A DNA stretch of 64,000 bases from positions 484 through 64,483 of the forward strand of contig CAZSVU010000005.1 in NCBI GenBank assembly GCA_964610275.1. The letters run 5' to 3'. Below the pieces are notes generated by a model. That model made no database searches. It was not told where the DNA came from and was given only the letters and a program-made list of their open reading frames with translations. The DNA is from an uncultured Polyangiaceae bacterium (GTDB lineage Bacteria > Myxococcota_A > Polyangia > Polyangiales > Polyangiaceae). A program made the translations under genes and the position numbers. Positions 1 to 9,913 of the stretch are shown here, in pieces (position 1 is the stretch's first letter; every line of letters begins with the position of its first letter).

Positions 1-732
1 GGCCGCGTGATAGCCGACGTTGCCCAGGCCCTGAACCACGACGCGCAATCCCCCGAGACCGGGCTCGATCCCCAGCGACTTCATGTCCTCGGCCACTGAA
101 ACGCACTCCTCGATGGCGTGGCACACGCCCCGACCGGTGGCCTCGGTGCGCCCTGGAATACCGTGCTGCTCCACCGGCTTGCCGGTGACGCAGGCCAGCG
201 CATCCAAGTCGTGCGGGCGCAGCATTCGGTAGGTGTCTGCAATCCAACCCATCTCCCGGGGCCCGGTGCCGTAGTCCGGAGCCGGCACGTCCACCGCCGG
301 ACCGATGAAGTCCTTCTTCAACAACTCGGCGGTGTAGCGGCGGGTGATCCGTTCGAGTTGCCCCTCGGTGCAGCGTTGCGGGTTGATGCGCACCCCGCCC
401 TTGGCGCCGCCGAAGGGCACCCGGACCAGCGCGCACTTGAAGGTCATGAGCGCGGCGAGCGCCATGACGTCGTCCTGAGTGACGTCCTCGCTGTATCGGA
501 TCCCGCCCTTGGTGGGCGTCCGGTGGTGGCTATGCTCCGCGCGAAACGCCTCTACGACCTCGATGGCCCCGTCCTCCATCCGGATCGGAAAGCGCATCCG
601 GTAGATGCCGTTGCAGTACTTGACCTGGTCCAGCAGCCCCGGATTGTGCTTGGTGTGGCGCGCCGCCTTGTCGAAGGTTGCGAGGACGCTTCCAAAGAAA
701 CCCGTTTCGGCCAGCCCCGGTGTGATCGCCAT
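1..732 (-). CDS. gdhA: Glutamate dehydrogenase (Glu/Leu/Phe/Val dehydrogenase family); C-terminal part lies outside the window
   Basis: Not in the ORF track because it runs off the window. My translation of the minus strand from ATG 732..730 gives [27 protein letters not shown]...[48 protein letters not shown]...[14 protein letters not shown]. The KGGIR and FGGAKGG motifs and the GxGNVG Rossmann start are GDH hallmarks. The listed 118..861(+) ORF is its antisense shadow. Confidence 0.85.
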   Translation of the reverse strand, partial: MAITPGLAETGFFGSVLATFDKAARHTKHNPGLLDQVKYCNGIYRMRFPIRMEDGAIEVVEAFRAEHSHHRTPTKGGIRYSEDVTQDDVMALAALMTFKCALVRVPFGGAKGGVRINPQRCTEGQLERITRRYTAELLKKDFIGPAVDVPAPDYGTGPREMGWIADTYRMLRPHDLDALACVTGKPVEQHGIPGRTEATGRGVCHAIEECVSVAEDMKSLGIEPGLGGLRVVVQGLGNVGYHAA

Positions 733-819
733 GTCCTGGTTCTGCCACGTCGGCGCGCCGGCTGCAGCACCGTTGGAGGGGTGGGACGGCGAGCGGTGGC
801 CTCGGTGGCGGTCGGCGAA

Positions 820-1035
820 TCAGAGCCGCGGTCTCGGCGGTCGCCGCGGTGCGCGCTCTAGCTCGGACTGCGCCCAGGACTCCCCGAACGTACGCAGAAA
901 CTCCTCGCCACATCGACAGCACCGAACGACTTCGTGCGACGATCCCGACGCTGGCTGCTGGAGCTCCCAGCAATGGGGACAGGCAACAGGAAGAGAGCGG
1001 GTGAGGGAGAGCACAGGTGCACGAAGGACAGTCAT
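820..1035 (-). CDS. Possible small zinc-ribbon protein (MJ0042-like CPxC...CxxCG finger)
   Basis: The 71-aa ORF contains ...VACPHCWELQQPASGSSHEVVRCCRCGEEF..., which is the CPxC / VRCxxCG pattern of zinc-ribbon N-termini. There is no clear Shine-Dalgarno sequence. Third-position GC is visibly lower than in neighbouring genes. Confidence 0.25.
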   Translation of the reverse strand: MTVLRAPVLSLTRSLPVACPHCWELQQPASGSSHEVVRCCRCGEEFLRTFGESWAQSELERAPRRPPRPRL

Positions 1036-1269
1036 GGATTCTGCCGTGCGGTGTGTGAGAGTTCGGTGAGCCGGCGATCCGGCCCGAGCGACCCCGGACC
1101 GCGCGCGGTGTGGACACCTGCACGCATGAACCGTGCCAAGCTTCCCGGGACAGATCGATTCTTGATTTCAAGTCTTGGGCGGGCGGGGGAGATCCCACAC
1201 CGCCGCATGGCCGAAAACGCGGTGGATTCCCCCCATGGCCGATGCCACTCCGACTAGCATCCAGCGGCC

Positions 1270-4029
1270 ATGGCTGAACGTCCCCCGGAGAGCAGCGCCG
1301 CGAAGCGCTGGCACGTGGTCGCGCAGGACGATCTCGCCTCCGAGCTCGGGGTCGATCCGGATCGGGGTCTGAGCGACGGCGAGGTGGCCCAGCGGCTGGG
1401 GAAATACGGACGCAACGAGCTCGAGGAGGGGGGGCTGCGTAGCCCGGTCCGCATCCTCTGGGAGCAGTTCACCGCCACGTTGGTGCTAATCCTGATCGGG
1501 GCTGCCGTCATTGCCGGTCTGCTCGGCGAGCACAAGGACGCCATCGCGATTGGGGCCATCGTCGTCCTGTTCGGGGTGCTCGGCTTCGTTCAGGAGTACC
1601 GGGCAGAGCGCGCCATGGCTGCGCTCAAGCGCCTGGCGGTGCCGTGGGTTCGCGTGCGGCGCGGAGGGGCCGTCCGGGAGGTATCGGCGCGGGAGTTGGT
1701 GCCGGGTGACGTCGTCCTGCTGGAGGTCGGGAACGTGCTCCCAGCCGACGGGCGGGTGCTCGAGAGCGTCAATCTCAGAGTGCAGGAAGCGGCGCTCACC
1801 GGCGAGTCGGAGCCCGTCGAAAAGCGTCCAGGAGAACTCGGGGATCCGGAACTGGCGCTGGGTGACCGCACCAACATGGCGTACTTCGGCACGGTCTGCT
1901 CCTACGGCCGCGGGAGCATGCTCGTGGTGGAGACCGGGATGCGCACCGAGATCGGGCGCATCGCCGGGCTGCTCGGCTCGGTTGAAGCCGAGGAAACCCC
2001 TTTGCAGCGACGGCTCGACCAGGTGGGCAAGGTGCTGGCGCTGGTCGGCGTGGGCGTCGCGATCCTGGTGTCCGCCCTCGGGCTGCTCCGTGGTGAGTCG
2101 TTCCGGGACATGCTGCTGATGGCCGTGAGCATCGCGGTGGCCGTAGTGCCGGAAGGGCTACCGGCGGTCGTGACCATCACTCTGGCGCTGGGCGCGCAGC
2201 GCATGCTCAAGCGCAACGCCCTGATTCGGAAGCTACCTGCTGTCGAGACCCTCGGTTCCACGACGGTGATCTGCTCGGACAAGACCGGAACGCTCACCGA
2301 GAACCGGATGACGGTGGTGCTGGTGGACGTGGCGGGCCATCGAGTCGAGCTGGTGCAGCCGCTGCGCCGCGGGATGCCCACGCTGGACCCGGCGAGCGAC
2401 GCGCCCGAGTCGTCAGCCTGCAGAGTCGGAGGAGTCCGCCTGCTGCTGGCGGGCGGGGCGCTCTGCAACGACGCCGTGCTGGCGCGGGACGCGTCCGGAC
2501 AGCGGGGCCGCACCACTGGTGATCCCACCGAGGCCGCGCTGCTGGTGGCTGCAGCCCAGGCCAAGCTCCTCAAGGACGAGCTGGAGGCCGCGCTGCCGCG
2601 GGTTGCCGAGGCGCCCTTCGACTCCGACCGCAAGCGGATGACCACGGTGCATGAGGTGACGGACGGCCACGGCCCGCTGGAGCTTCCGCCCGAGCTCGGC
2701 CCGTACCTGGCGTTCACCAAGGGTGCCGTTGATGGGCTGGTCGAGCTTTCGAGCGCGGTCTGGTCCGAGTGCCGCACCGAGCCGATGAACGACGAGTGGA
2801 AAGCACGCATCCAGGGAGCGAACGACGAGCTCGCCGAGCAGGGAATGCGGGTGCTCGGCGTGGCCTTCCGTCCGCTTTCGGTACGACCGGACCAGCCGAA
2901 GCCCGCTGAGCTCGAGACGGAGCTCGTGTTCGTGGGAATGGTCGGCATCATCGATCCCCCGCGCGCGGAAGTGCGCGACGCCGTGGCCATGTGCCAGACC
3001 GCCGGCATTCGGGCGGTCATGATCACCGGAGACCATCCCAAGACGGCGAGTCGGATTGCCGTTGATCTGGGGATCACCGACGACGATCGCGTGATGACCG
3101 GCCAGACCCTGGAGAAGACGTCCGAAGCAGCGCTAGCGGAACAGGTTGAGGGTACAAGCGTCTACGCGCGCGTGTCTCCAGAGCACAAGCTCCGCATCGT
3201 GCAAGCCCTGCAGTCGCGGGGTCACGTGGTGGCCATGACCGGAGACGGCGTCAACGACGCCCCGGCCCTGAAGCGTGCCGAGATCGGGGTCGCCATGGGA
3301 CTGTCCGGGACCGACGTGGCCAAGGAGGCCTCGGACATGGTGCTGCAGGATGACAACTTCGCCACCATCGTGGCCGCGGTCCAGGAAGGCCGCACCATCT
3401 ACGACAACCTGCGAAAGTTCGTGAAGTTCTCCGTGGCCGGAAACCTTGGAAAGGTCGCGGTCATGCTGGTGGCGCCGGTCCCGGGCATGCCCTTGCCGCT
3501 CACGCCGCTTCAGCTGCTCTGGCTCAATCTGTTGACCGACGGCCTGCTCGGATTGGGCTTGGGGGTCGAGCCACCGGAGCGAGGTGTCATGCGGCGCCCA
3601 CCGTACTCCCCCCAGGGAGGCGTCTTCAGCGATGGCGGCGGACGACACGTGTTGTGGGTGGGGCTCACCATCGGTGCCGTCGCCCTGGGCCTGGGCTACG
3701 CGTACTGGCTGGCCGATCCCGACGGCAACTGGCAGAGCATGATTTTCACGACCCTGGCCTTCGCACAGGTCGCCCAAGCCCTCGCAGCCCGCTCGTCGCA
3801 GGATTCGCTGTTCACCCTGGGGCTCCGCTCCAACCTGGCGGCCACACTCATCACGCTCATGACGTTGGCCCTCCAGCTGACCGTGGTGTACGTGCCGTTC
3901 TTCCAGGGCTTTTTTGGGACCAAGCCGCTGTCCCCGGCGGACCTGGCCTTGTGCGTCGCCCTCTCCAGCCTGGTCTTCGTCGGCATCGAGCTCGAGAAGT
4001 GGCGGCGTCGGGTGGCGACCCGCGGCTGA
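1270..4029 (+). CDS. Cation-translocating P-type ATPase (P2-type, Ca2+-ATPase-like)
   Basis: 919 aa. It has the DKTGTLT phosphorylation motif, PEGLP in TM4 ([17 protein letters not shown]), [10 protein letters not shown], and the hinge [22 protein letters not shown]. Multiple C-terminal TM helices are present. Confidence 0.93.
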   Translation: MAERPPESSAAKRWHVVAQDDLASELGVDPDRGLSDGEVAQRLGKYGRNELEEGGLRSPVRILWEQFTATLVLILIGAAVIAGLLGEHKDAIAIGAIVVLFGVLGFVQEYRAERAMAALKRLAVPWVRVRRGGAVREVSARELVPGDVVLLEVGNVLPADGRVLESVNLRVQEAALTGESEPVEKRPGELGDPELALGDRTNMAYFGTVCSYGRGSMLVVETGMRTEIGRIAGLLGSVEAEETPLQRRLDQVGKVLALVGVGVAILVSALGLLRGESFRDMLLMAVSIAVAVVPEGLPAVVTITLALGAQRMLKRNALIRKLPAVETLGSTTVICSDKTGTLTENRMTVVLVDVAGHRVELVQPLRRGMPTLDPASDAPESSACRVGGVRLLLAGGALCNDAVLARDASGQRGRTTGDPTEAALLVAAAQAKLLKDELEAALPRVAEAPFDSDRKRMTTVHEVTDGHGPLELPPELGPYLAFTKGAVDGLVELSSAVWSECRTEPMNDEWKARIQGANDELAEQGMRVLGVAFRPLSVRPDQPKPAELETELVFVGMVGIIDPPRAEVRDAVAMCQTAGIRAVMITGDHPKTASRIAVDLGITDDDRVMTGQTLEKTSEAALAEQVEGTSVYARVSPEHKLRIVQALQSRGHVVAMTGDGVNDAPALKRAEIGVAMGLSGTDVAKEASDMVLQDDNFATIVAAVQEGRTIYDNLRKFVKFSVAGNLGKVAVMLVAPVPGMPLPLTPLQLLWLNLLTDGLLGLGLGVEPPERGVMRRPPYSPQGGVFSDGGGRHVLWVGLTIGAVALGLGYAYWLADPDGNWQSMIFTTLAFAQVAQALAARSSQDSLFTLGLRSNLAATLITLMTLALQLTVVYVPFFQGFFGTKPLSPADLALCVALSSLVFVGIELEKWRRRVATRG

Positions 4030-4071
4030 GGCAGAGCGGGGCCTCCCCGAGCCCCGGCCACGCTCGCTGAT

Positions 4072-4938
4072 TCAGTCTGGCTGCTCGTCGAGAATGCGAT
4101 CCACGGTTCGCTGTGCTTGTTCGAGCCGGCGATGACGTGAGGAAGCGATGGCATCGGTGATCCAACGCCACAGCGTTGACCCCGACTCAGGCCTACTGAG
4201 AAACGCGAACGCACCACTGCGCAAGATGTCGAGCGCCTGTTGCGCGGACGGATGGCTGGCCAGCACGATCACCTCGAGCTCTGGTCGATTGTCCTTGAAG
4301 CATCGCACCAACCTGGCTCCCTCCAAACCTCCGACGGGCACGTCGATGAGGGCAACATCGAAGGAGAATCCCTCCGCCAGGCCCAGCGCATCGTCCGCCG
4401 AGTCAGCCGTGGCGACATCCAGTCCGCGGCTCTCGAGCTCAGCTGTGAGTGAAGCGCGGTACTCTCCGTCTTGCCCGGCGATCAGCACGCGCGCCCCCGC
4501 CACGGGCGGGCGCGAATCGCGCTGACTGCCCGCTCGCAGTAGCGCCCCGTGCTTGGCGGCAAGTTGCGCAATACGGGCCAAGCGCTCGACGTCGCACGGC
4601 TTGATCAGATATTCGAACGCCCCGTCGCGGGAGGTCTGGAACGCATCCGGGAAGGTGGGGTGCCCGGTGAGAATGATCACGGGAAGATCGGGGTCCAGCG
4701 TCTTGATCTTGTAGAACAGATCCACGCCGCTGATTCCCGGCATGCGCACATCGAGCACCGCCACGTCGAAGGTGGAGTGCGGCATGAGCTTGAGTGCGGT
4801 ATCGCCATTCTCGGCCAACGTGAGGGCAAAGCCGCGCCGCACCAGAGCTGGTGTGACCGCCTCCAGGAACTCCATTTCGTCATCCACCAGCAGCATCCTG
4901 ATCCGCGGCTCGTCCGTGCTCGTCATGTGCTTCTCCAA
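4072..4938 (-). CDS. Response regulator with two tandem receiver domains and no output domain
   Basis: REC1 is canonical (RMLLVDDEMEF, FDVAVLDVRMPGISG, IILTGH, YLIKP). REC2 (RVLIAGQDGE, FDVALIDVP, VLASH, FLSRP) keeps the Asp but lacks the acidic pair and the Lys. The start may be ATG 4926. Either start overlaps the upstream kinase gene. Confidence 0.85.
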   Translation of the reverse strand: MEKHMTSTDEPRIRMLLVDDEMEFLEAVTPALVRRGFALTLAENGDTALKLMPHSTFDVAVLDVRMPGISGVDLFYKIKTLDPDLPVIILTGHPTFPDAFQTSRDGAFEYLIKPCDVERLARIAQLAAKHGALLRAGSQRDSRPPVAGARVLIAGQDGEYRASLTAELESRGLDVATADSADDALGLAEGFSFDVALIDVPVGGLEGARLVRCFKDNRPELEVIVLASHPSAQQALDILRSGAFAFLSRPESGSTLWRWITDAIASSRHRRLEQAQRTVDRILDEQPD

Positions 4939-6760
4939 AAACAGAATCGTGTTCTCGACTCGACCTCGATGCGGACGACACCGTGGCCCGCTCAGGTGCC
5001 GGCGTCTCCGTTGCCTTCATGAACACCCGCAGTGTGGTGCCCTCGCCCCATCGACTCTCGGCCTCGATCCGTCCGCCCCACCCGCTGACGAGACCGTGAC
5101 ACACGCTGAGTCCCAAGCCGGTACCGGCCCCGGGTGGCTTGGTGGTGAAGAAGGGCTGGAACATGCGGTCCAGGTCCTCCGATGCGACGCCGCAGCCGTC
5201 GTCCTGGACCCAAAGTAGTACTTCAGCCGCGCTTTGCCGCGCGCCGATGACAACCACCCCCTGGCCCTGAAGGGCGTACAGCGCGTTGTTGACCAGGTTG
5301 ACCAAGACCTGCTCCAGCTCGTTTGGGTCGACCAGCACCGCAGGCAGGGGCGTGGCGATCGCCAATCTGAGCTCGATTTGGGCGCCCCGGGCGGAGTGAC
5401 TGAAGAGATCTCGGACCTCGTGCGCTACGGCCTCCACGTCCACGGGCACTACTCGGGGTTCGGACCTGCGCGAGAACTGCAGCATCTTCCCGGTGATGTC
5501 CGCGCAGCGCCGGACCTGCCGTTGGCACCGATCCAGCGAGCGTTGGACCTCCTCCATCAACGCGGGTCCCAGGTTCGCCTCGGTCAACACATCCGCGAGA
5601 TTCGTGCGCTCTGCACCCAGCACTGCGAGCGGATTGTTGATTTCGTGGGCGAGCCCGCTCGCCATCTCACCCAGTGATGCCAGACGTGCCGATCGGACCA
5701 ACTCGTCCCGCAGTCGGTTACGCTGCACGTTGGCTCGATCCACCTGCGCGTTCAGATGGCGAGTGGCCACCAGTGTGGCGGCGGCCACGAGCGCAAGAAA
5801 CAGCGCCAGAAGCCCCGCAGTCCGACGCGCCACTCGACTGACCGGCTCCAGGATGCGGTCCGCTGGCTGCTCGAGCACGAGCAGCCAGCGCCCCTCGTTG
5901 AGCCCAGCCGCGGCCCGGATCACCCGCGTGCGGTCGTCGAGCGGTTGCCCATCCGCCTCGTCCCGGTGAATGGTGCTGGCCTCGACCGCCGCAGGTTCCA
6001 GAATCTGCCGGGTTCGGGACGGGGTCTGGAGAATGCTGCCTCGATTGATCAGATAGGCGTCACTCTCGGCGTCCGGCGCGCCCGCACGGACGAGTGCGTG
6101 CAAGCTGTCATTGTTGATGGTGGCGCGCAGAACCCAAACCCGTCCTGCGTCGATTCGCTTCACTGCTATCACGCAGTGGGGAACCTTGCGGAATCCCAGA
6201 AAGACGTCGCTGATGTACGTGCCGCTCGACATCACCGTCCGAAACCAAGGTGCGTTTCGGTAGTTCTTGTCGGCGAGACGATACGGTCCCAGGTACGCAA
6301 GGTGGCGACCACGCGCGTCGATCACCCCGAGATCGACAAACGCCTTCGGGTAGCTCTTCTGCAGGTTGTCGAACAAGCCTTGGAGCCGCGAGTCGGTAGT
6401 GAGCTCATCGAACCGGTAGCTGAGGGAGGCCAACTGCAGGGCCCGCAGCCGCTCGGCCAGGTAGAAGTCCACCGCTGATGCGTGCGTGGTGGCGGCATTC
6501 TGCTGTTGCTGCAGCGCTAGCTTCAGGTGCAGCCCCCGGAAGTGGACCCATGCGCCGACCCCAAGCATGGCAATCGGTAGCAGGGATACGAGCACCAAGA
6601 CCGCCCCGATGCGTCGGCGAACCAGGGTTTCGAGCTTTGCATCCTCGCGTGTCAGCGGCGGCAGGGATTGAGAGCGCTGTTGCCGACGCTCTGCTGCACC
6701 TCGTTCGGCATCGCCTGAGGCGATGGTCGCACCCGCCGCGCCAGGCGACCCGGGTCTCAT
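4880..6760 (-). CDS. Sensor histidine kinase with periplasmic Cache/PDC-like domain
   Basis: H-box HEINNPLAVL, N-box LVNLVNNALYAL, DDGCGV, GTGLGLSV. Two TM segments flank the region ...YLGPYRLADKNYRNAPWFRTVMSSGTYISDVFLGFRKVPHCVIAV... Confidence 0.9.
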   Translation of the reverse strand: MRPGSPGAAGATIASGDAERGAAERRQQRSQSLPPLTREDAKLETLVRRRIGAVLVLVSLLPIAMLGVGAWVHFRGLHLKLALQQQQNAATTHASAVDFYLAERLRALQLASLSYRFDELTTDSRLQGLFDNLQKSYPKAFVDLGVIDARGRHLAYLGPYRLADKNYRNAPWFRTVMSSGTYISDVFLGFRKVPHCVIAVKRIDAGRVWVLRATINNDSLHALVRAGAPDAESDAYLINRGSILQTPSRTRQILEPAAVEASTIHRDEADGQPLDDRTRVIRAAAGLNEGRWLLVLEQPADRILEPVSRVARRTAGLLALFLALVAAATLVATRHLNAQVDRANVQRNRLRDELVRSARLASLGEMASGLAHEINNPLAVLGAERTNLADVLTEANLGPALMEEVQRSLDRCQRQVRRCADITGKMLQFSRRSEPRVVPVDVEAVAHEVRDLFSHSARGAQIELRLAIATPLPAVLVDPNELEQVLVNLVNNALYALQGQGVVVIGARQSAAEVLLWVQDDGCGVASEDLDRMFQPFFTTKPPGAGTGLGLSVCHGLVSGWGGRIEAESRWGEGTTLRVFMKATETPAPERATVSSASRSSREHDSVFGEAHDEHGRAADQDAAGG

Positions 6761-6869
6761 CGTGTCGATACCAGCACCAAGCGCCGGACAGCGCTGTCAC
6801 TGAAATGACAAATCAAGGGTAGCGGTAGTGACTACGGACTGAACGTCGACGGGACCGGGTCGGCCGTAT

Positions 6870-7340
6870 TCAGGCAACCTTGCTGAACTGTTGTGAGACC
6901 GCCGCGCGAAGCTCGTCTATCGCGAACGGCTTGCTGAGAACCAACACCGCGCCCAGGGCCAGGGCACGGTCGCGCTCTTCCCAGTTGCCGGCTCCGGTCA
7001 TCACGATGGTCCTCGGCAGGCATTGCGCCGTCGCAAGACTCGCCATGGCGTCCAGCCCGCTGAGACCGGGCATGTGAATGTCGGTGACGAGTATGTTGAC
7101 GTGTGGATAGACTGCGGGGTGCCGCAGCGAGCCCTCGACGTGGTTCAGGATCTCGCTGCCGCTGCCCACCTCGATCACTTCGTACCCGTCGTGGCGAAGG
7201 AACGCTGCGAGGAGGGATCGCAGCGAAGGATCGTCGTCCGCCAGCAGAATGGTCCGTGCCCCGGAGGCCCGTACGCCGCTCCGGATCCGAGGCTCGCGTT
7301 CATTCGGCATGCCCTCGGTGCGAAGCAAAGCGTGTGCCAC
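6870..7340 (-). CDS. Single-domain response regulator (receiver only)
   Basis: ILLADDDPSLRSLL, ILVTDIHMPGLSGLD, IVMTGAG, VLSKP. It lies upstream of the kinase on the same strand. The start is uncertain (7340 or 7310). Confidence 0.85.
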   Translation of the reverse strand: MAHALLRTEGMPNEREPRIRSGVRASGARTILLADDDPSLRSLLAAFLRHDGYEVIEVGSGSEILNHVEGSLRHPAVYPHVNILVTDIHMPGLSGLDAMASLATAQCLPRTIVMTGAGNWEERDRALALGAVLVLSKPFAIDELRAAVSQQFSKVA

Positions 7341-7774
7341 GATCCCATTCGGCCTCTGAGGCCATGCGGCTTCGAATGCGCCACGTCGTCGGGGCTTTTA
7401 GTGACAGCGTGCCCCAATTGGCACCACCGACCATCGGGTCGCGAGGGGCGTTCCAACTGGGCGCCCAGACCAGACGATTTGGTTCGGTCGGTCGCTGGTA
7501 CCTGCCCGCGGCATGCGCGGGCGTCTCGGTGAGGGGAGGGCGCGGTACCTCAAGGCGTGGCGGCCAACGTGTGCTCCTGACGGACACACGCGGGATGGGA
7601 AGCTACTTCGGAGGGGACCAGACCACATTGGTCCGGGTTGAATTGCAGCTGCAGTCCGATGGTCCTGGTGCAACATGGTTGCCGCCGAGCAGCACGTACG
7701 TATGCGACCCGCCGTGCTGGGACAGAGACTGGTGGCACGGAAGATGCTTCTACTCGAGGCAGAGGAGGGTCACT

Positions 7775-7933
7775 ATGTCCCTTACCACCGCTGCCACCAT
7801 CGAAGTGGACGACGGCGTCCGCATCATATTGAAAGAACGTGCCTGGAGGAAGGTCATGGTGATCTTCGCGCTGGTCGTGGCGTTCTCCGGGTTCGCCACC
7901 CTCATCAGCCTGATGTATCTCGACAAGTTCTGA
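7775..7933 (+). CDS. Possible 52-aa single-pass membrane protein
   Basis: ATG 7775 is preceded by GAGGAGGG about 7 nt upstream. The product is MSLTTAATIEVDDGVRIILKERAWRKVMVIFALVVAFSGFATLISLMYLDKF, with one clear hydrophobic helix. The rest of the 7103..7933 ORF looks like non-coding read-through. Confidence 0.35.
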   Translation: MSLTTAATIEVDDGVRIILKERAWRKVMVIFALVVAFSGFATLISLMYLDKF

Positions 7934-7954
7934 CGTGTCGAGCCACTTGCTCTG

Positions 7955-9913
7955 CTACCGCCCCACCAAATCGAGGACGTGCGCACCCTCGCGCACCCTA
8001 GCCATGCGACGACGCCCGTCGTCGGTCGCCAAGTAGCTGGGCATGAGTCGGGGCGGGGAGACGATCTTGCGGGCCAGTAGCTCGGTTACCAGGGGAACAT
8101 CGCGCAGCGCAATCTTCCCCAGGTAGAGTGGCTCTAGCTCGCCTCCCTTCTCCAGATGGTGCAGCACGGACTTCAAGCCGCGCAGGTAGATGAGGTCCTT
8201 GGTGAATCCGCCCCCGCGGAAGAGCCGCACGCAAACGTTGAAGGCAGTTCGAGGCGCGAACCCCCACCGGCGAAACACTCTGAAGACGTCCACGAAGCCG
8301 GCACTGTTCATCAACATCTCGGCGCCCAGCACCCGAGCGGCCAGGATCCTGATCCGCGCTGGGCTCAGACCGCCGCTCAAATACTCGGCCAGGATGGCCA
8401 GCCCCTCCTGCAGCTCGTCGTACCCGGCCAGGCCGGAGCGGAGTTGGGTGAAGCGCTGAGAACGTCCGTTGTGATAGGTGACGAGGTGGGTGCCAATCTC
8501 GTGATGCACCAACGCCTCCGCCTGCTGCTCGGCGACGCGGATGGTGTCCGACACCAGCAGCCGGCCGCGAGACACCATCAATCCGGCCACGACATCTGAG
8601 CGAACCTCCACCGACGCTTCGAAGCTCGGGTCCAGCTCGTGGTAGCTGGCCACTTCGCGCAGCGCTCGCTCGACCACATGCTGCGTGTCCAGGCGCCTGC
8701 GGGAACCCTCCTCGCGTGCGCCCGGTCCCAGTTGCTCGAGGATCTCTTCGGCCGTCCGCTTGAGCTTGGGCGTCACGGTGCCGTAGAGGGCCATGCTTCC
8801 GAACAGGAACCGAGGCGTGCCGCGGTCGACCAGCATGGTGATCTGCCGGTCGAGCTCCATTTGCTTGCGGAAGAAGAGCTCGGCCAGAGTTGGGTCCTCG
8901 ACGCGTTCGATGGGTACCGAAAATAGCTTGCGCTTGGCAGTCGTGGGATCGAATGGCAACGGCCGGTAGCGGAAGGGCGGCGGCTTCTCGAATTCGCCAC
9001 GGTGAAAGTTGTTCCAGAGATCGGAGAGATTCACTGGATTGACGGTGACCAGGAACTCGAATGCCGACGCCACTTCGTCGAGTTGCCGATCGACATCCCA
9101 GACGGCCTTGACCACCGCCCTCCGCCCGAGCACCTGGTAGTTCTTCGGTCGCAGGGTGGTTTGTTGCTCGGTGAAGCTGTAGAACGTCCGGCGGATCGCC
9201 CGACCCAGGCGTCCTCGGAGCGAACGCAGGATCATGGGGAACGCTTCGTTGCCCTCACGTCCCTGGTAGCTCGCCTCGATTTCCAGCCCCAGATGGGCGC
9301 AGTGAAGCTCCCGGGCTGCACTCAGTGAGAGCACCGACTGGCCGTAGGGGGGGCGGACCAGCTTGGTTGCGGCGACGCTGGCGCTGGCCTCGGACGTACC
9401 CACCGGCACGCGGGCGACGCGATGCGCGAGGATCTGGGCCATGTCCGCAGCTACTGGGTCGGACTTCGGGTAGTGGACGGTGAAACTCGCTTCGTCGACC
9501 TCGCCGGTTCGTGTCAGCGCGGGCGCGTCCTCGCTGGCAGGTCGAGACCAGAGCTCCAGCAGGAAGAAGCTGCCGAACTGTTCGAAAGCCAGCTCGGCCA
9601 GTGCGCGAATCAGTTTGCGTACGAACCGATCAGCAGCCGGAGTGGCAACGGCCGTGAGGTAGGCGGCCTCACTGATGACGAGCTCGTCCGTTCCTGGGTC
9701 GAGGCGGTCCGTCGGGCGCCGGTAGAGCAGCAAGAACGGTAGCAGGCGATCGACGTGCAATCGGCCGTGGCTGCCCAGACGGCGTCGCACCCTCCGATTG
9801 CTGCGGAGGCGGGTGCGCACCACGTCGATCAACGCGTCCAGGCGCGCGCCGTCGTCAGGGGCAACCGACGGGCGCTCGGTGCTTTCTGCTTCCTGATCCG
9901 GCATGGTTCGCAT
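7955..9913 (-). CDS. QEGLA-motif / DUF1704 family protein (MATCAP-like putative metallocarboxypeptidase, 'flavohemoglobin expression-modulating' family)
   Basis: 652 aa with a HExxH-type site (VHHEIGTHLVTYHNG). This is followed by ...LAGYDELQEGLAILAEYLSG..., the family-defining QEGLA motif. A long N-terminal extension precedes the conserved core. Confidence 0.8.
   Translation of the reverse strand: MRTMPDQEAESTERPSVAPDDGARLDALIDVVRTRLRSNRRVRRRLGSHGRLHVDRLLPFLLLYRRPTDRLDPGTDELVISEAAYLTAVATPAADRFVRKLIRALAELAFEQFGSFFLLELWSRPASEDAPALTRTGEVDEASFTVHYPKSDPVAADMAQILAHRVARVPVGTSEASASVAATKLVRPPYGQSVLSLSAARELHCAHLGLEIEASYQGREGNEAFPMILRSLRGRLGRAIRRTFYSFTEQQTTLRPKNYQVLGRRAVVKAVWDVDRQLDEVASAFEFLVTVNPVNLSDLWNNFHRGEFEKPPPFRYRPLPFDPTTAKRKLFSVPIERVEDPTLAELFFRKQMELDRQITMLVDRGTPRFLFGSMALYGTVTPKLKRTAEEILEQLGPGAREEGSRRRLDTQHVVERALREVASYHELDPSFEASVEVRSDVVAGLMVSRGRLLVSDTIRVAEQQAEALVHHEIGTHLVTYHNGRSQRFTQLRSGLAGYDELQEGLAILAEYLSGGLSPARIRILAARVLGAEMLMNSAGFVDVFRVFRRWGFAPRTAFNVCVRLFRGGGFTKDLIYLRGLKSVLHHLEKGGELEPLYLGKIALRDVPLVTELLARKIVSPPRLMPSYLATDDGRRRMARVREGAHVLDLVGR

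Noticed and set aside
118-861. 247-aa plus-strand ORF at the window start
   Set aside because: It is antisense to the glutamate dehydrogenase gene, whose translation shows unambiguous family motifs.
7503-7523. Short GC hairpin (CCCGCG-gcatg-CGCGGG) and nearby CTGCAGCTGCAG palindrome in the 7341..7774 intergenic region
   Set aside because: The stems are short (6-7 bp), which is common by chance at this GC content. They are not positioned after any gene end.
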